The notes under the pieces: generated by a model
Told to the model about the DNA's origin: nothing
Databases searched by the model: none
What the model saw: the letters and a program-made list of their open reading frames with translations, nothing else
Assembly (NCBI GenBank): GCA_963720565.1
Contig: CAVRFW010000005.1
Span: forward strand, 64,001 to 128,000
Origin: Candidatus Bathyarchaeota archaeon
GTDB lineage: Archaea > Thermoproteota > Bathyarchaeia > Bathyarchaeales > Bathycorpusculaceae
Direction of reading: 5' to 3'
DNA length: 64,000 bases
Shown: positions 9,339 through 19,052 of the stretch, one piece after another
Numbering within the stretch: position 1 is the first letter of the stretch
Layout: each line of letters opens with the position of its first letter
Position numbers and translations under genes: made by a program

Positions 9339-9791
9339 GTGTATGAAGAGTTCATTGATAAACTGAAAAAGCGAAAAGAAGAGCGTCAAGAAGACTACGA
9401 TCGACTCAAAGGTATGATAGCAGGATTTCGTTTAACCAATTTCAACCAAACAGAAGAGAGCTTAGTTTTAATTGTTGAGTACGCAATGAACAGTTTCAAA
9501 AATCATCAGGATTCTATTGACGCTCTCAAGGAAGCAACAATCTACTCATTTCAAAGACTTGAAACCTTAGAAAAAGAAATGAAACAGTTGAGAGCCACCT
9601 ATGGCATAAAAGGTGTCGCGCACGCTGAAGAGGCAGGAGGCAAAACGAATGAGGGTGCGGGACAATTGAACAGTGGAAAGAAGAATACAGGAGGGGCAAT
9701 CAAAATTAAGACCAAAACAAAAAACAAACCGAAAAACGAAACAAAAAGCAAAACAAAAAACAAAGGAAAAAAGACGTGGAAGCAGCAGTAA
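9339..9791 (+). CDS. Hypothetical coiled-coil protein with Lys-rich tail
   Basis: ORF with GGAGG RBS before GTG; helical N-part, KTKTKNKPK tail. Confidence 0.55.
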   Translation: MYEEFIDKLKKRKEERQEDYDRLKGMIAGFRLTNFNQTEESLVLIVEYAMNSFKNHQDSIDALKEATIYSFQRLETLEKEMKQLRATYGIKGVAHAEEAGGKTNEGAGQLNSGKKNTGGAIKIKTKTKNKPKNETKSKTKNKGKKTWKQQ

Positions 9792-9830
9792 GAAGAATTA
9801 AAGAAAAATGAGCATAAAGAATAATTTCCT

Positions 9831-9950
9831 ATGACAATATTCTCTGAAGACCTGATAGACCAAATCAAAGAACTGCTTGAAAGAGTGGCAGACCCACACA
9901 TAGTTAAAACAAGAGTTAAGTTCTATTCTTTCAAGGAGTTCCTTCAATAA
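9831..9950 (+). CDS. Putative 39-aa protein (MTIFSEDLIDQIKELLERVADPHIV...)
   Basis: ATG-TAA ORF with amphipathic helix; no family recognised. Confidence 0.3.
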   Translation: MTIFSEDLIDQIKELLERVADPHIVKTRVKFYSFKEFLQ

Positions 9951-9985
9951 CAAGTTTATGTTGCCGTCTGCTCTCTAATTGTAGA

Positions 9986-10396
9986 GTGGTGATAAATGTG
10001 AACGCAAAGCAATTCTTCAGAATCGAAGTCAGCACAAGTTGGGGACATTTGATTAGGGAAAGGAAGACGCTGACTAAAGACGAAGAGAAAGTAAGAGAAG
10101 CAAGAAAGGCTTATCGTGATGGAATCAAAAAAGCATGGGACATTTACACCGAAGACAACATGATAGTAAAGGAAGCAAAGAAGACTCTTGACTCAGCAAT
10201 AGACGAAGCATACAAATCCTGCTTGCCCGAACATGGAGAGAGAATGGCACAAACAGAATATGAACAGGCAACCAAACTTTATTTCAAAACTTTATACAAA
10301 GTTCACCGCAAGTTTGCGGATACGATCGGACCAATTTGGGGTGTTTTCATGAAAGACATGGAGACTTCTCCAAGACTAACCAAGAAAAATACTTAG
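9986..10396 (+). CDS. Hypothetical helical protein
   Basis: 136-aa ORF, protein-like composition; start uncertain. Confidence 0.55.
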   Translation: MVINVNAKQFFRIEVSTSWGHLIRERKTLTKDEEKVREARKAYRDGIKKAWDIYTEDNMIVKEAKKTLDSAIDEAYKSCLPEHGERMAQTEYEQATKLYFKTLYKVHRKFADTIGPIWGVFMKDMETSPRLTKKNT

Positions 10397-10651
10397 AAGC
10401 TAAACCAAAACCCTATTCATTCTCCACAGACTCATTGTGCAAGACCATGCGACTTTCAATGGGTATCCGAAAATATCACTCTAAACTATATAGTGGGGGA
10501 AAACCTTCCCCTCAAAATAATTTCGGGAAAAAAGGATTCGCGAATGACATCTCCACCTAGCTTGGAGTTCATATCCCAGCGCCCCTATTGATTGTCAGTT
10601 GCTTTCCGAGATGACAAGTCTAAAGTATGAAATTGCCCGATAGATGTTCTT

Positions 10652-11425
10652 ATGAAAGAAAGAACCAAAACATTACTGATTCTGGTTGTGCTTCTCATAT
10701 GCTCGTTTCTCCCTGTCTTTACGGCATCGCCTTTTCCCCAACAAGACAGCTCACTTGTCATCAAAGAAGTCCTAATGAAGACCTCAGTCGCATACCTGTG
10801 GCTCAGCCCGATCGTACATGTCATTACTGTGGTACTGTTTATCGTTCTTTACCTTTATGGATCCCGAGTAGGCAGAATTGCCGACGTCTTTTTCGCCATT
10901 CTGTTTTTGTTCATTGCCTTCAGCAATCATATCGCTGTCACTGACACTTATGGACTTGCGGTGGTAACAGGAAACCTGGTTCCAATACTAATCGTAGGGC
11001 TCCTCTGGATTTGGGAGGTTTACAGACCTCAGAACAATTATGCTTTCGAGAGGCTTCCAGCGTGGAGATACTGGGTCTTGCCCTTTGCCTTCTTGGCTTT
11101 CTGGTCTCCAATAAACGCACAGCTAAACCCTGATTTCAATCCGTTGTTGCTTCTAAACTCTTCCTTCGGTGTAATGTACTGTCCCACAACACCAGTCATA
11201 ATCGCCCTACTTACTCTACTCTACCCAAGAGTCAACACAATTGTCCTCAGAGCAACCAGTTTTGTGGGATTAATAATGGGTCTGTTCAATGTCATGTCGT
11301 ATTTCATAATGCCAGGATATACCCTGTGGAATCTGGTTCTTCACACGCCACTCATATTTATTTCCCTGTACGGCTTGCTGATCCCAACCTTAGCAAAGAC
11401 TAACCTCTCGCGGCACGCTCGATAA
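10652..11425 (+). CDS. Hypothetical membrane protein
   Basis: Signal-like N-terminus and ~7 TM segments. Confidence 0.75.
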   Translation: MKERTKTLLILVVLLICSFLPVFTASPFPQQDSSLVIKEVLMKTSVAYLWLSPIVHVITVVLFIVLYLYGSRVGRIADVFFAILFLFIAFSNHIAVTDTYGLAVVTGNLVPILIVGLLWIWEVYRPQNNYAFERLPAWRYWVLPFAFLAFWSPINAQLNPDFNPLLLLNSSFGVMYCPTTPVIIALLTLLYPRVNTIVLRATSFVGLIMGLFNVMSYFIMPGYTLWNLVLHTPLIFISLYGLLIPTLAKTNLSRHAR

Positions 11426-11437
11426 CAGAAAGGGCGG

Positions 11438-11913
11438 TCATTTGGGCAAATCATTAGACTGTGCGCTCGTCTTCTTCTTGTTGTATGAGTACTGATAGTA
11501 CCCGTAGGAACTCATCATGACAAAGAAAGCAATCACAAGCATGCTTCCGTAGAGTCGCGACGTCAGGTATCCGTACCAGTTTAGTCCTATGCTGCCAATG
11601 AAGAGAAGTAACAGGTAGATGATGAGACCTGGCGGCCAGCGTTTGGGGTGATGAAGGGGTTTCTTTCTAGTTATCAATCTGTACCAGAGGTCGTAGACCA
11701 AGTAGATGATTATTGGCAGTTCAGCTAGCAAGCGTCCAGAGTCGTTGCCAAAGAGTAAGTTCAATATCCAAAGCAAAGCAAAAGGAATCAGCTGGGCACT
11801 AAATGCGATTCTCAACTTGAGCTCAAACTTCGAGAGTTCACGAGCACGCAGAAGATACACAACAAACAAGAAGGCATAGAAGACCAGTGCGAAGAAAACT
11901 ACAAGGTTGTCTA
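11438..11913 (-). pseudogene. Membrane protein, 5'-truncated at a (CG)n run
   Basis: Hydrophobic frame (LDNLVVFFALVFYAFLFVVYLLR...) extends to the GCGCGCG run at 11914-11920 with no ATG before an upstream stop. Confidence 0.55.
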
Positions 11914-11989
11914 GCGCGCGGTCGTCATTGTGTGCAAGTTGGAGCTACGCCTATTAGTGAGTGTGTTAGTGTGTGTTGCGGTGATTGGA

Positions 11990-12406
11990 ATGAGGGCTGG
12001 TTTGCTCCTATGTAGATATGAGAATGCAGAGGATTATTCTGTTGGCAGGCGGTTTCGCTTTGCTGTTGTTGATTTGGACAAAGGTAAGAATTATCCATTG
12101 AATTTTGTTTGTATGTTGCCGACGAAAATAGAAGCTGCTGGTAAGTCGCAAAGTGTCTTTCTGCAGATATTTGGAGACAAGAGCGTGGAGCAGGCTAGGG
12201 TATTGTTGACTGGGGCTTTGGAGACCGAGAGTGATCCTGAGGTTAAAGCGGAGATTGAAAGAAGGTTGAAGCTGCTTGAAGTTAAACCAATCAGTTAAAT
12301 CGAATGTAGCGCTTGCAGAAAATTGTTTCAGCTTGGGCGAGTGAGAGGGTTTAAGCAGAAATTCTGTCAAGAGTGTGTGAAGGAAAAGTTCGGCAGTCGT
12401 GAATGA
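11990..12406 (+). pseudogene. Hypothetical protein with C-terminal zinc finger, interrupted by in-frame TAA at 12296-12298
   Basis: Same frame continues IECSACRKLF...KFCQECVKEKFGSRE*; GGTGA RBS. Confidence 0.7.
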
Positions 12407-12531
12407 GAAAACCCTCTAACGCGCCAGAAAGCACATAGTAAAATTGTGGCCAAACCCTTGAAGACTTGGCTTTCGACATATGACAACACACACAAGATGA
12501 TTTAAAATGAGGCATTCAAGAACGTCCTATT

Positions 12532-12627
12532 ATGAACGAGAAGTGTAGTTGTGGTTCTTTCCCGAATGTTTGGGAAAACGGAAAACGCGAATGTTCAGAT
12601 TGCTATTTGAAGCGAATTAAAGGGTAG
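12532..12627 (+). CDS. 31-aa zinc-finger micro-protein, paralog 2
   Basis: MNEKCSCGSFPNVWENGKRECSDCYLKRIKG. Confidence 0.75.
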   Translation: MNEKCSCGSFPNVWENGKRECSDCYLKRIKG

Positions 12628-12767
12628 AATCTGAAAAGGGTTGTTCGGGGATTCTGAACCGTTTCGAGTGTGTAAGAGAGTTTTGTAATCCGTGTTTTAG
12701 ATTGCGGTTTGTTTCGGCGTTGAAAAATCATTAATATCGGTTTTAGTCCAACCAGAGAGGCTTCGAG

Positions 12768-12875
12768 ATGGAATGGAGAGTTTTAAACGAAGAATTAGTT
12801 GACTTTCTATCGTGCAAAAGAAAAAGGCGACTCGAAGTCAGGAGCGTCAGGCTTTTGGAAAAGCTAAGGAAATAG
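12768..12875 (+). CDS. Putative 35-aa basic protein (MEWRVLNEELVDFLSCKRKRRLEVRSVRLLEKLRK)
   Basis: GAGG RBS, ATG-TAG; stop overlaps a GCGCGCG run. Confidence 0.4.
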   Translation: MEWRVLNEELVDFLSCKRKRRLEVRSVRLLEKLRK

Positions 12876-13120
12876 CGCGCGGTTACACGTTACCTAGAAA
12901 AACATCCTGTTGATGCGTCAGGTTTGATTCATGTCGGAATGATACGCCTTGAAGTTGAAGCATACAAACCATTCTCAAAAAGCACGCGTGAAGAAACTCG
13001 ATAAACCTAAAGAAACAACGTATAATCGCCAATTTTTGGATTTATGCCAGAAATGGGAAAAAAGGAGAAAAGGGCTGCGGAGAAAACATTATGCTGGCGA
13101 TATCACCCAAGAATGGTCGG

Positions 13121-13145
13121 TCCGTACTAGACTACAGGCCCCCAT
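13121..13145 (-). repeat. att-like direct repeat copy 2: orphan tRNA 5' fragment GGGCCTGTAGTCTAGTACGGA
   Basis: 22/25 identity to 1394-1418; no anticodon or T arm follows. Confidence 0.75.
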
Positions 13146-13266
13146 ACTTTGAGAAGAAATAACTTGTGCTAAAGGATTTAAGGCTTGTTTATTGCGCGCT
13201 TGATGAGGTTATCTGATTTGCCTTCAGTCATCAGAGGTAACTTGAAAGCATCTTTCTGGCAGCATG

Positions 13267-14424
13267 CTATGGAACATAGGCTGAGTTGTTCCAGAAAATG
13301 TATTTGCTGTAGGTGGCGTCTAATGCCAATCCATCATCATATATTATGTCGAGATTGTTCGGGTATTGATCCATCCAATAGTCTAAGCTCGTGCATATTT
13401 CAAGCGAAAACGCATCTGCTTCCCATAACCCCCAGATCCTATCAGTGGGTCCTCTGAGACCGTACCCGTAGTCTTTCGGAAGGACAAAAGCAACCCTATC
13501 ACTGCTTCTCATGCTTCGGTCAGGATTGGCTTCTATGTACCGCCAGAACCGCTTCAAAGCATCAAAGTGTTCCTGTTGGAGAGTGCCATCCGTGTAGTCT
13601 TCATTGCTGTCAAAGACCAAAACGTACTTCGCGCCGCTATCATACGCCATGACAAGGTTCTCGTAGAGATGCTCGCCCGACGAGAGGTATGGAGGTTCGG
13701 TGTATTTCCAAGTTATCATAACACCCCACTCCCTGTTTTGAATTGTGGCTGCTCCCCTGCAGGCAGCTACATTTAACCTTCTGCTATAGTTAAGCGCGAA
13801 TTCTGCGAAGACAACATCATAGCCTGCTCTATAATCGAACCAGTAAAGGGCATAATCAGATGTGAAAGCTTGAACGCCTTCAATCTCGGTCGCATTCGAA
13901 GTAGAGCTCTCCAGCATTTTTTCCAAGTGAGCAACGAACTGGATGCTCGCGTCCGTATAGTTGTCTGCTTCGCGGACGATTCTATATGTCCATAAGTCCA
14001 GGTTCTTCCCGCCGACCTCGTCAAAAACATACAAACCCAAAAAACGGTCGCCCCATTTCACTTTCGCGTTTTCTATCCATTGTCTCGAAGGCTGAGTGGG
14101 AGGATCATGATCATCTGTGAACACGATAAACGATAATCCTTTATCATAAACGTACTGACAAAGGTCAACGAGTTTTGTCTCATTAAAAGTTATGCCAGTG
14201 CTGCCTATAACGAACAGGTTCGTGTATGAACTGACCTCGTCAATCAAAGCCTTAATCTCGACGACGTCATCGTAAGCCGCATCGATTCCAACGTAAAAAT
14301 CTGTGGACCGGTTTGGTCTTGGCTTTTCAGAGGCTAAAAAGAAATTCGCCACGAGAAGAGAAACAATTAGCAAAGATGACAGAAGAAGCAGGAAGTATCT
14401 GGGTTTCATTTGCACCTTAAACAA
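13267..14424 (-). CDS. Secreted/membrane-anchored hypothetical protein
   Basis: N-terminal hydrophobic anchor, 385-aa globular domain with 'GLYVFDEVGG'. Confidence 0.75.
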   Translation of the reverse strand: MFKVQMKPRYFLLLLSSLLIVSLLVANFFLASEKPRPNRSTDFYVGIDAAYDDVVEIKALIDEVSSYTNLFVIGSTGITFNETKLVDLCQYVYDKGLSFIVFTDDHDPPTQPSRQWIENAKVKWGDRFLGLYVFDEVGGKNLDLWTYRIVREADNYTDASIQFVAHLEKMLESSTSNATEIEGVQAFTSDYALYWFDYRAGYDVVFAEFALNYSRRLNVAACRGAATIQNREWGVMITWKYTEPPYLSSGEHLYENLVMAYDSGAKYVLVFDSNEDYTDGTLQQEHFDALKRFWRYIEANPDRSMRSSDRVAFVLPKDYGYGLRGPTDRIWGLWEADAFSLEICTSLDYWMDQYPNNLDIIYDDGLALDATYSKYIFWNNSAYVP

Positions 14425-14527
14425 TAAGCAAGTCTAAAATAAGGATTTTCCACATTCCTCGTTTAATTCAAAGTACTATTAGTGCACTTTCGCCTTGGAG
14501 TGCCAGAGAAGTACTGAAGGTTTGTGG

Positions 14528-14704
14528 CTACTTGAGGTTTGTTCCGCAGTTGGGACATTTAAGGTAGTCTGTCTTAACTTCCTTAAGCAAATCAGCGCCA
14601 CAGTAAAAACATATGCAAACCTTGCATCTTGGACAGAAGTAGTTGGCGCTTTGGATGGTTTTGTTGCAGACTATGCAAGGTTTGCCCACACATTCATTCG
14701 ACAT
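14528..14704 (-). CDS. Small multi-Cys zinc-finger protein (58 aa)
   Basis: CIVC, CPRC, CFYC, CPNC. Confidence 0.7.
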   Translation of the reverse strand: MSNECVGKPCIVCNKTIQSANYFCPRCKVCICFYCGADLLKEVKTDYLKCPNCGTNLK

Positions 14705-14966
14705 TCTTGAATAGCTCGCTGATAGAAATGGCTTAACACAGCTAATAAGTCTTGAAGAGACAGCATACGCCACAGCGGCAGAAGCAGCGCGTCGCAACTA
14801 ACTACTTTCCTGAGAATTTTCGTCAAAAATAGGATACAGAGTTTCCGAATTTTTTAACTAAACTGCCTTTGCGCGGAAAAAATCCAATGAAGAGGAATAA
14901 TCCACAAACGTTAAATTCACAGCATTGGTAACTTTAACAAATTTCATTGCCAACAGAGCTGATACC

Positions 14967-16888
14967 ATGAAAGTAATCTCTAAAGAAGACTTCAAGGATT
15001 TTGTGAATGCGTTAATCAAAGATGATTCTAGGCACGTCATTGGGGTGAAAGCTCGGGGAAACAAATTCGCCTTCGGCACACTGGAGTCAGCGGATGAGCT
15101 TCGACTTGACTACGACGTTACGCTATTGCCTCCGAAGAAATACTTCTTTCCCCAACGTGAAACGCTTTTCACCTATGATCTTGCAGATGGTTTTTCAGCG
15201 AAAAACCCTGAAGACGCTAAACCCATGTTGATAATAGGTGTTCACCCTTATGACATTGTTGCCCTGCTTCACATGGATGAAATATTCAGGGATACAAAAT
15301 CTGATCCGTACTACTTCAAGAAAAGAGAGATCATCCATCATAATTGGTGTAAACATTCAGAAAATGTCCAAATGGAATTTCTCTTCCTTCATGGGCTGCA
15401 GCGTTATCGACTATGGTTATGACCTCATGCTTACTGATTTAGGCAATAGATACGGAATCAACGTTGGCTCTTCAAAAGGAGAAGCACTTCTACTGAAGTA
15501 CGCAAAAAACATCATGCCGGCGTTGGCACGTGATATCCAAATCGCAGGGCAGAAGAAACAAGAAGTATGGAAGATGGTCCAGCAGAAACTGGATTTTCCA
15601 GCTGAACTGATCCCAGAGTTGCTGGGAGCAAGCTACTCAAGAAGCGGATTCTGGGAGAGCCATTCCGAGAAATGCTTAGCTTGCGGATCTTGCGTGCTGG
15701 TTTGCCCAACGTGCTACTGCTTCGACGTGAAAGATAATCCAGATTTGACCTTGGAGCAGGGTGAAAGAATCAGGACTTGGGATGGTTGCCTGCTCGAAGA
15801 TTTCGCCAAAATAGCTTCAGGAGAAAATTTCCGTGCGACCAGACCAACCCGTTATCGCCACCGTTACTTCAAGAAGGGAAAATACCTGTTCGACAGGTTC
15901 GGCTTCGTCTCTTGCGTAGGATGCGGAAGATGCTCCTCGAACTGTCTTCCAGACATTGCAAACCCCGTTAACTTGTTCAACGACATGTACCATGAAAGCC
16001 AAAACAGCGGAATGCAAATGCCCTCTTCAGCCACCCAGCCAGACGTAAGCATCAGCACCGAAGGAAACATTGACTACGTACCCGAACTCGGAACCATAAT
16101 AAAGAAAGTGCCAATGACGGCCTACGAAACCTTGTTCGAGATTAGACTGGACGATGGTTCAGAGCTTGGACACAAACCAGGACAATTTGTTGAAGTTTCA
16201 GTCTTCGGCATTGGCGAAGCACCCATATCAATTTCATCGTCCCCAACAAAAAAGAAAACGTTTGAACTCTGTGTGCGGAAACTGGGAAACGTCACAACGA
16301 GAATGCATAATCTGAATGTTGGAGCCAAAGTTGGAATAAGAGGCCCGTTTGGCAACGGTTTCGACGTTGAATCCCTGAAAGGAAAAGACCTGCTATTCGT
16401 AGCAGGCGGTTTGGGGATAGCCCCACTAAGATCCCTGTTCAATTTTGTGTTAGACAGAAGAAAGGACTATGGACGTGTCACTCTTCTCTATGGCTGCAAA
16501 GAGCCAAAAGAAATGCTTTTCGGGGAAGAACTTGCCCTGCTCAGCTTCAAGAGATGATGTTGAATTCAAATCCACAGTAAACTGGTGCCCAGAAAACGAG
16601 TTGTGGTCAGGCAACATAGGCGTAATTACAACGCTCATTCCGCTAGTCGAATTTGACCCCGAAAAGACTACCGCGATACTGTGCGGTCCACCTGTAATGT
16701 ACAAATTCGTCATTGCAGAACTAAAGAACCGAAATGTGCCGGACGAGAACATCATCATGTCCCTCGAACGGAGAATGAAATGTGGTGTAGGCAAATGCGG
16801 GCACTGCCAAATCAACCAAATCTATGTCTGCAAGGATGGCCCCGTTTTCAACTATTCCAAGATTAAAGGCGTTCCGGAGGCGCTGTAA
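14967..16888 (+). CDS. NADP-coupled [NiFe]-hydrogenase/sulfhydrogenase beta (4Fe-4S) + gamma (FAD/NAD, 2Fe-2S) subunits, apparently fused; frameshifts ~15330 and ~16545
   Basis: CLACGSCVLVCPTC, CVGCGRCSSNC, RGPFGNGF, AGGLGIAPL, CGPP, MKCGVGKCGHC. Confidence 0.88.
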
Positions 16889-17625
16889 TGAAACCCAAAG
16901 TCGCATTCTTCGACTTCGCAGGCTGTGAGGGAGACCAACTTCAAGTAGCCAATCTAGAAGAAGAACTCCTGACTCTGCTGGGACAAGTTGAAGTCGTCAC
17001 CTTCAGAGAAGTCATGAAAGAGCACAACGACAACTATGAAATAGCTTTCATTGAAGGATCATGCACTCGACTGCAGGATGAAGATAGACTGAAACAGATC
17101 AGGAAGAACGCGAAAATCGTTGTCGCCATAGGCTCGTGTGCAGCTATTGGAGGCATTAATTCACTCAGAAACTACAAAGACCTAGAAGGCGTCAAGAAAA
17201 CCGTCTACGGAGAAAACGCAAAACTTTTCGATAGCTACGCAGCCAGACCGATAGACGCCATAATACCCGTAGACGCGTATGTTTATGGTTGCCCCATAGA
17301 CAGAGACGACTTTCTTCATGTAGTCAAATCGCTCTTGCTTGGAAAAAAACCTGAAACACCCACATACCCAGTCTGTGTTGAATGCAAGAAGAACGAAAAC
17401 ATATGCGCCTTTGAACGCGGCCAATTCTGTGTTGGACCAGTCACAAGGGCAGGCTGTAATTCCTGCTGCGTAAATGAAGGAACAATCTGTTGGGGCTGCC
17501 GAGGCTTTGTGGACAATCCAAACGAGAATGCCCACAAGGAAGTCTTGATAAAATACGGTCTCACAGTTGACGATGCAATAGGCAAGTTTAAGTTATACTT
17601 CGGTTGGCAGGAGGCAAAAAGATGA
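16888..17625 (+). CDS. [NiFe]-hydrogenase small (delta) subunit
   Basis: GCEGD, IEGS, GSCA, GCP, CVEC, CVGPVT, CWGCRG. Confidence 0.92.
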   Translation: MKPKVAFFDFAGCEGDQLQVANLEEELLTLLGQVEVVTFREVMKEHNDNYEIAFIEGSCTRLQDEDRLKQIRKNAKIVVAIGSCAAIGGINSLRNYKDLEGVKKTVYGENAKLFDSYAARPIDAIIPVDAYVYGCPIDRDDFLHVVKSLLLGKKPETPTYPVCVECKKNENICAFERGQFCVGPVTRAGCNSCCVNEGTICWGCRGFVDNPNENAHKEVLIKYGLTVDDAIGKFKLYFGWQEAKR

Positions 17626-18932
17626 AAAACCAAAATATCGAAGTTGCCGTGCACCATGTTACAAGGGTAGAAGGGCACGGAAACATCTACGTGAACATAC
17701 AGAAAGGCGTTGTTGAAAAGTGCGAGTGGAGTATTCCAGAAGCCCCGAGATTCTTTGAAGCAATGGTAGAAGGCAGATCTTGGAACGAGCTACACCATAT
17801 TACTTCACGCATCTGCGGGATATGCTCTATTGGACACTCACTAGCCTCCTTGAAAGCCACCGAAGCAGCTCTGGGCATAACGATTAGTGAACAGGACCTC
17901 AAACTCAGAAAGCTCGCGCTTCACGGCGAGAACTTGCAGAGCCACATTCTACATTTGGGTTTTCTGGTGCTACCGGACCTCATGGGAGTAGGATCCGTCA
18001 TTCCTTTAGCTTCCACAAATTTGCCCGAGGTAAAGACCGTTCTGCGCCTCCACAGACTTGCAAATGAAATGTCAAATCTGGTTTGCGGGAGAACAACCCA
18101 TCCTCAAAGGCTAATCCCTGGAGGATTCTCCAAAATTCCCACAATTAAAGAATTAACTGAGCTTAGAAAGAAGCTCCAAGACTCAATCCCAAGCCTCCAA
18201 GCAGTAGCCGAACTCTTCAAAAGTCTAATGGACAAATTCCCCAAATTCAAAAGAGAAACCGAGTTCATCGCGTTGACAGACCCAAACGAGTACGCACTCT
18301 ATGACGGGCTAATAGCTTCATCAGATACAGGTACAGCTCCCGCGCGAGAATACTTGGCCTTCGCCAATGAATATGTGGTTCCAAGATCAACGGCTAAATG
18401 GGCTAAACACGTGCGCGAATCCTACATGGTTGGCGCTTTGGCTAGACTAAACATCAACTACAAGAGACTTTCACCGATGGCTCGCGAAACATCCGACAAG
18501 TTCAATCTACTGCCAATGTGCCATAATCCATTCATGAACAATATCGCCCAACTTGTTGAAGTAGTTCACGGCTTCGAAGACTCTATTCGCCTGATCAATG
18601 AACTTGAAGCAACAGGTTTGCAGAGTCAACCAGAGTACCACAAACCAGAAATCAAAGTAAAAGCAGGTCAAGGAGTCGGAGCAGTAGAGGTACCCAGAGG
18701 GATACTATTCCACGACTACACCTACAACGCCAAGGGAGTATGTACGAAAGCAAACTGCATAATCCCAACAAACCAAAATCACGCCAACATAGAATTAGAC
18801 ATGAAGGCGCTCCTACCACAGATCATTGAAAAATCACAGAAAGAGATTGAATTAACACTAGAAATGCTTGTGAGAGCATATGATCCCTGTATATCATGCT
18901 CAACTCACGCGGTCAAAGTAAACTTCACCTGA
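17622..18932 (+). CDS. [NiFe]-hydrogenase large (alpha) subunit, group 3b-like
   Basis: RVEGH, L1 RICGIC, EVPRG, L2 DPCISCSTH plus 7-aa cleavable tail. Confidence 0.95.
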   Translation: MKNQNIEVAVHHVTRVEGHGNIYVNIQKGVVEKCEWSIPEAPRFFEAMVEGRSWNELHHITSRICGICSIGHSLASLKATEAALGITISEQDLKLRKLALHGENLQSHILHLGFLVLPDLMGVGSVIPLASTNLPEVKTVLRLHRLANEMSNLVCGRTTHPQRLIPGGFSKIPTIKELTELRKKLQDSIPSLQAVAELFKSLMDKFPKFKRETEFIALTDPNEYALYDGLIASSDTGTAPAREYLAFANEYVVPRSTAKWAKHVRESYMVGALARLNINYKRLSPMARETSDKFNLLPMCHNPFMNNIAQLVEVVHGFEDSIRLINELEATGLQSQPEYHKPEIKVKAGQGVGAVEVPRGILFHDYTYNAKGVCTKANCIIPTNQNHANIELDMKALLPQIIEKSQKEIELTLEMLVRAYDPCISCSTHAVKVNFT

Positions 18933-19052
18933 GCCCAAGTTTCAAAACTCCTTTTCCAGAAAAGTTATCAGACTAAAACATACAATATAGTATCAGCTCC
19001 AATAAAGCTGGCATCTTCAGTACAAAAATCCAGATTTGAGAGGAAAACAGTA

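Larger units (their letters stand above)
1394..13145. mobile_element. Degenerate integrative element/genomic island inserted at tRNA-Arg(GCG)
   Basis: Flanking direct repeat derived from the tRNA, adjacent integrase remnant, mosaic of small accessory genes and pseudogenes. Confidence 0.65.

Noticed and set aside
13060..13145. Complete intron-containing tRNA
   Set aside because: No anticodon arm, T-arm or 3' acceptor strand can be built downstream of the D-arm fragment
12949..13152. 67-aa basic ORF
   Set aside because: Runs across the att-like repeat, no family features
1318..13199. Classical integron or CRISPR array
   Set aside because: No attC-type RYYYAAC...GTTRRRY stems, no regularly spaced 25-45-nt repeats and no cas genes seen
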